Origin: a candidate division WOR-3 bacterium
GTDB lineage: Bacteria; Hydrothermota; 32-111
Reading direction: 5' to 3'
DNA: 64,000 nucleotides
Assembly: GCA_039804105.1 (NCBI GenBank)
Contig: JBDRZU010000001.1
Span: 1-64,000, forward strand
Part shown: positions 62,481-64,000 of the stretch, in pieces
How the letters are laid out: every line of letters begins with the position of its first letter
How positions within the stretch are numbered: position 1 is the first letter of the stretch
Made by a program: the position numbers and the translations under genes
The notes under the pieces: generated by a model
What the model was told of the DNA's origin: nothing
Databases searched by the model: none
The model's input: the letters and a program-made list of their open reading frames with translations, nothing else

Positions 62481-63023
62481 TTATAAACTTGTTATAGTGT
62501 AAGTTAAAGTGACTGTTGCAGCAGGATCAATTTCAGGATCAGAATCTTCCCATTTGAACTCTATTGCCTGATTTTTGGTAACCCAGCCGTTAAGTTTTGG
62601 ACCAGATTCAACATTTATAAGTGATGTTGAAAATGGTGTCCATGGTGATGCTGGGTTTGCTGTTCCATCTGCTGTTTTGGGTGTCCCTGCTGGTGCAAAA
62701 TAAAGTTGTGAAACTGGGATTTCTGGGTCAAAATCACCTGATGCCTGAACCTCTAAATTGTAACCATTTTTAGCATTGCAAAAAATGTCCATAAGTATCT
62801 GTGTTTCTGTTCCATTTGGGAAATAGTATGCAGGAAAACTTGTTGGAATGGTAACTGAAGTCAGATCGAATATCAATGCACCTGTATTGTTTATGTTTAT
62901 ACCAACTCTTGCTGGAATCAGAATTTGAACATCAATGTTGTCTGATGCTGTTGCAGCAAAAATCGGTACAACAAGAAGAGAAAGCACAAAAAGTGCTGTT
63001 AAGGTTGTTAGAAGTTTTTTCAT
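62481..63023 (-). CDS. Secreted subunit, WxL/fimbrial-pilin-like beta sandwich (probable major subunit)
   Basis: Sec signal, GGAGG SD, CNAKNGYNLEV, C-terminal strand TVTLTYTI. Confidence 0.6.
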   Translation of the reverse strand: MKKLLTTLTALFVLSLLVVPIFAATASDNIDVQILIPARVGININNTGALIFDLTSVTIPTSFPAYYFPNGTETQILMDIFCNAKNGYNLEVQASGDFDPEIPVSQLYFAPAGTPKTADGTANPASPWTPFSTSLINVESGPKLNGWVTKNQAIEFKWEDSDPEIDPAATVTLTYTITSL

Positions 63024-63032
63024 AATACCTCC

Positions 63033-63503
63033 TTAGTATATTGAGTTTAATGTGAATCTCAATTTTGTGTTGTATCTTCCAGATGGATCATCCCATTTTA
63101 TTTTCATTCTAAAGTCAAGATCGATATCATGACCATTATCTCCAGTTCTATCTCCGGATCCTATAGTTACAGGTTTTGAAAGCGATAGAGGAGTAAAGTT
63201 CCCTTTTTTCGCTCTTATTTCAAGTCGTTCAATATCTATGATATCTCCATCAGTTGAAACAAGATTTTCGAGAGGTTCAACTGTTAAAACCCATTTGACA
63301 TTGCTTTTTACTTTTACAGTTATACCTTTGAGTTTAACAACCTCCTTCATATCAGGTTTTATCTCACCCAGATCAATACTTGAAGAAGAAAGTTCAAGAA
63401 GTAAAATCTCCTGGTTTTCGAAATTAACATCGGTTTCAACACTGTAACCGGAAAATAATAAAATAGGCAAAAAGATAAAAATCCAAAAAACCAATCTATT
63501 CAT
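63033..63503 (-). CDS. Secreted subunit, WxL/fimbrial-pilin-like beta sandwich
   Basis: Sec signal, IDLGEI.P, VKSNVKWVLTV, C-terminal PSGRYNTKLRFTL. Confidence 0.6.
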   Translation of the reverse strand: MNRLVFWIFIFLPILLFSGYSVETDVNFENQEILLLELSSSSIDLGEIKPDMKEVVKLKGITVKVKSNVKWVLTVEPLENLVSTDGDIIDIERLEIRAKKGNFTPLSLSKPVTIGSGDRTGDNGHDIDLDFRMKIKWDDPSGRYNTKLRFTLNSIY

Positions 63504-63879
63504 ATTCTAACCCCACTTTTTGGTCATCTTTAACCATGTTTTCAATTATCTCACATATCTGTAAAAATTCTGAAGGGTAATTGAAAGAATAAAATATGTT
63601 ATTGTTTTTACGTAACATCTTTAAAAACTCAATATCATCAGCATTTCTCAAAAGTACCATAATTTTTGATTGTGGAATTATTTCATTTAAACATTTTATG
63701 ATTTTGTTTTCATTCATATATGGAAGATCTGATGTATCTAAAATTATGATATCCGGTTTGTTCACAAGAGCGAATGTCAGAAGAGATATTGAATCAACAA
63801 AATGGTTGAAAGTTTCAACCCTCTTTTTCATCTGCTCTATGAAAGATTTATCAGACGAAAGTACTGTTATTTTCTTCAT
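63496..63879 (-). CDS. Stand-alone receiver-like (pseudo-receiver) protein
   Basis: KPDIIILD, PQSKIMVL; lacks acidic pocket and the KP lysine; start moved to ATG 63879 because the ORF-track start lies inside the sigma54 promoter. Confidence 0.6.
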   Translation of the reverse strand: MKKITVLSSDKSFIEQMKKRVETFNHFVDSISLLTFALVNKPDIIILDTSDLPYMNENKIIKCLNEIIPQSKIMVLLRNADDIEFLKMLRKNNNIFYSFNYPSEFLQICEIIENMVKDDQKVGLEYE

Positions 63880-63894
63880 ACAGGACCATGAAAT

Positions 63895-63912
63895 AAGCAA
63901 TTATTATGCCAG
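63895..63912 (-). promoter_or_regulatory. sigma54 (-24/-12) promoter
   Basis: Minus strand CTGGCATAATAATTGCTT = TGGCA-N6-TTGC, exact GG-N10-GC spacing. Confidence 0.85.
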
Positions 63913-63982
63913 AATTTATAATCTTATAAACATATTTATTATCTTAACTTAAACTTCATATAAAAATATAAGATATAAAAAG

Positions 63983-63999
63983 TGTGGCAAAATGGGACA
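63983..63999. promoter_or_regulatory. Putative bEBP upstream activator sequence
   Basis: Dyad TGT..CA-N3-TG..ACA (TGTGGCAAAATGGGACA) about 100 bp upstream of predicted +1, separated by an AT-rich spacer. Confidence 0.5.
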
Positions 64000-64000
64000 A

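Noticed and set aside
63983..64000. TGGCA on the plus strand as a second sigma54 promoter
   Set aside because: No GC at the -12 position (GG-N10-CA); better explained as a dyad activator site, though the window edge limits certainty
1..64000. CRISPR arrays, transposases, integrases, prophage genes, rRNA, riboswitches
   Set aside because: None recognised by eye; intergenic regions are short and explained by promoters or terminators. A covariance-model scan was not possible

Overview
AT-rich (roughly 30% GC by eye), densely coded chromosome segment of an apparently anaerobic, amino-acid-fermenting diderm bacterium. The gene content is reminiscent of FCB-group candidate lineages such as WOR-3/TA06; this is inference only. 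Bases 1-14.1 kb are the core tuf-rpmG-tRNA-Trp-secE-nusG-rplKAJL-rpoBC-rpsLG-fusA cluster. The fusA there sits behind an intrinsic terminator, has no Shine-Dalgarno and has lost both domain-IV tip motifs. The rest mixes metabolism and housekeeping (hutHUI, a separate FTCD, Na+-pumping carboxyl-CoA decarboxylase, apgM, era, archease-rtcB, an ArsR/ArsP/thioredoxin/CDF metal(loid) operon) with several surface and motility modules. These are: (i) a sigma54-promoted operon of a pseudo-receiver, two WxL/pilin-like secreted subunits, a DUF916/PapD-like chaperone and a beta-barrel+SdrD-B protein (atypical chaperone-usher-like system); (ii) a sigma54-promoted, very aromatic-rich type IV pilin, divergent from a membrane protein carrying an internal prepilin-like motif; (iii) a Ser/Thr kinase-PEGA / TPR / lipoprotein / GAF-sigma54-activator operon; (iv) a tandemly duplicated TPR + stand-alone ExeA ATPase module. 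At least eight accessory genes appear to be leaderless. No CRISPR array, rRNA, transposase or integrase was seen.
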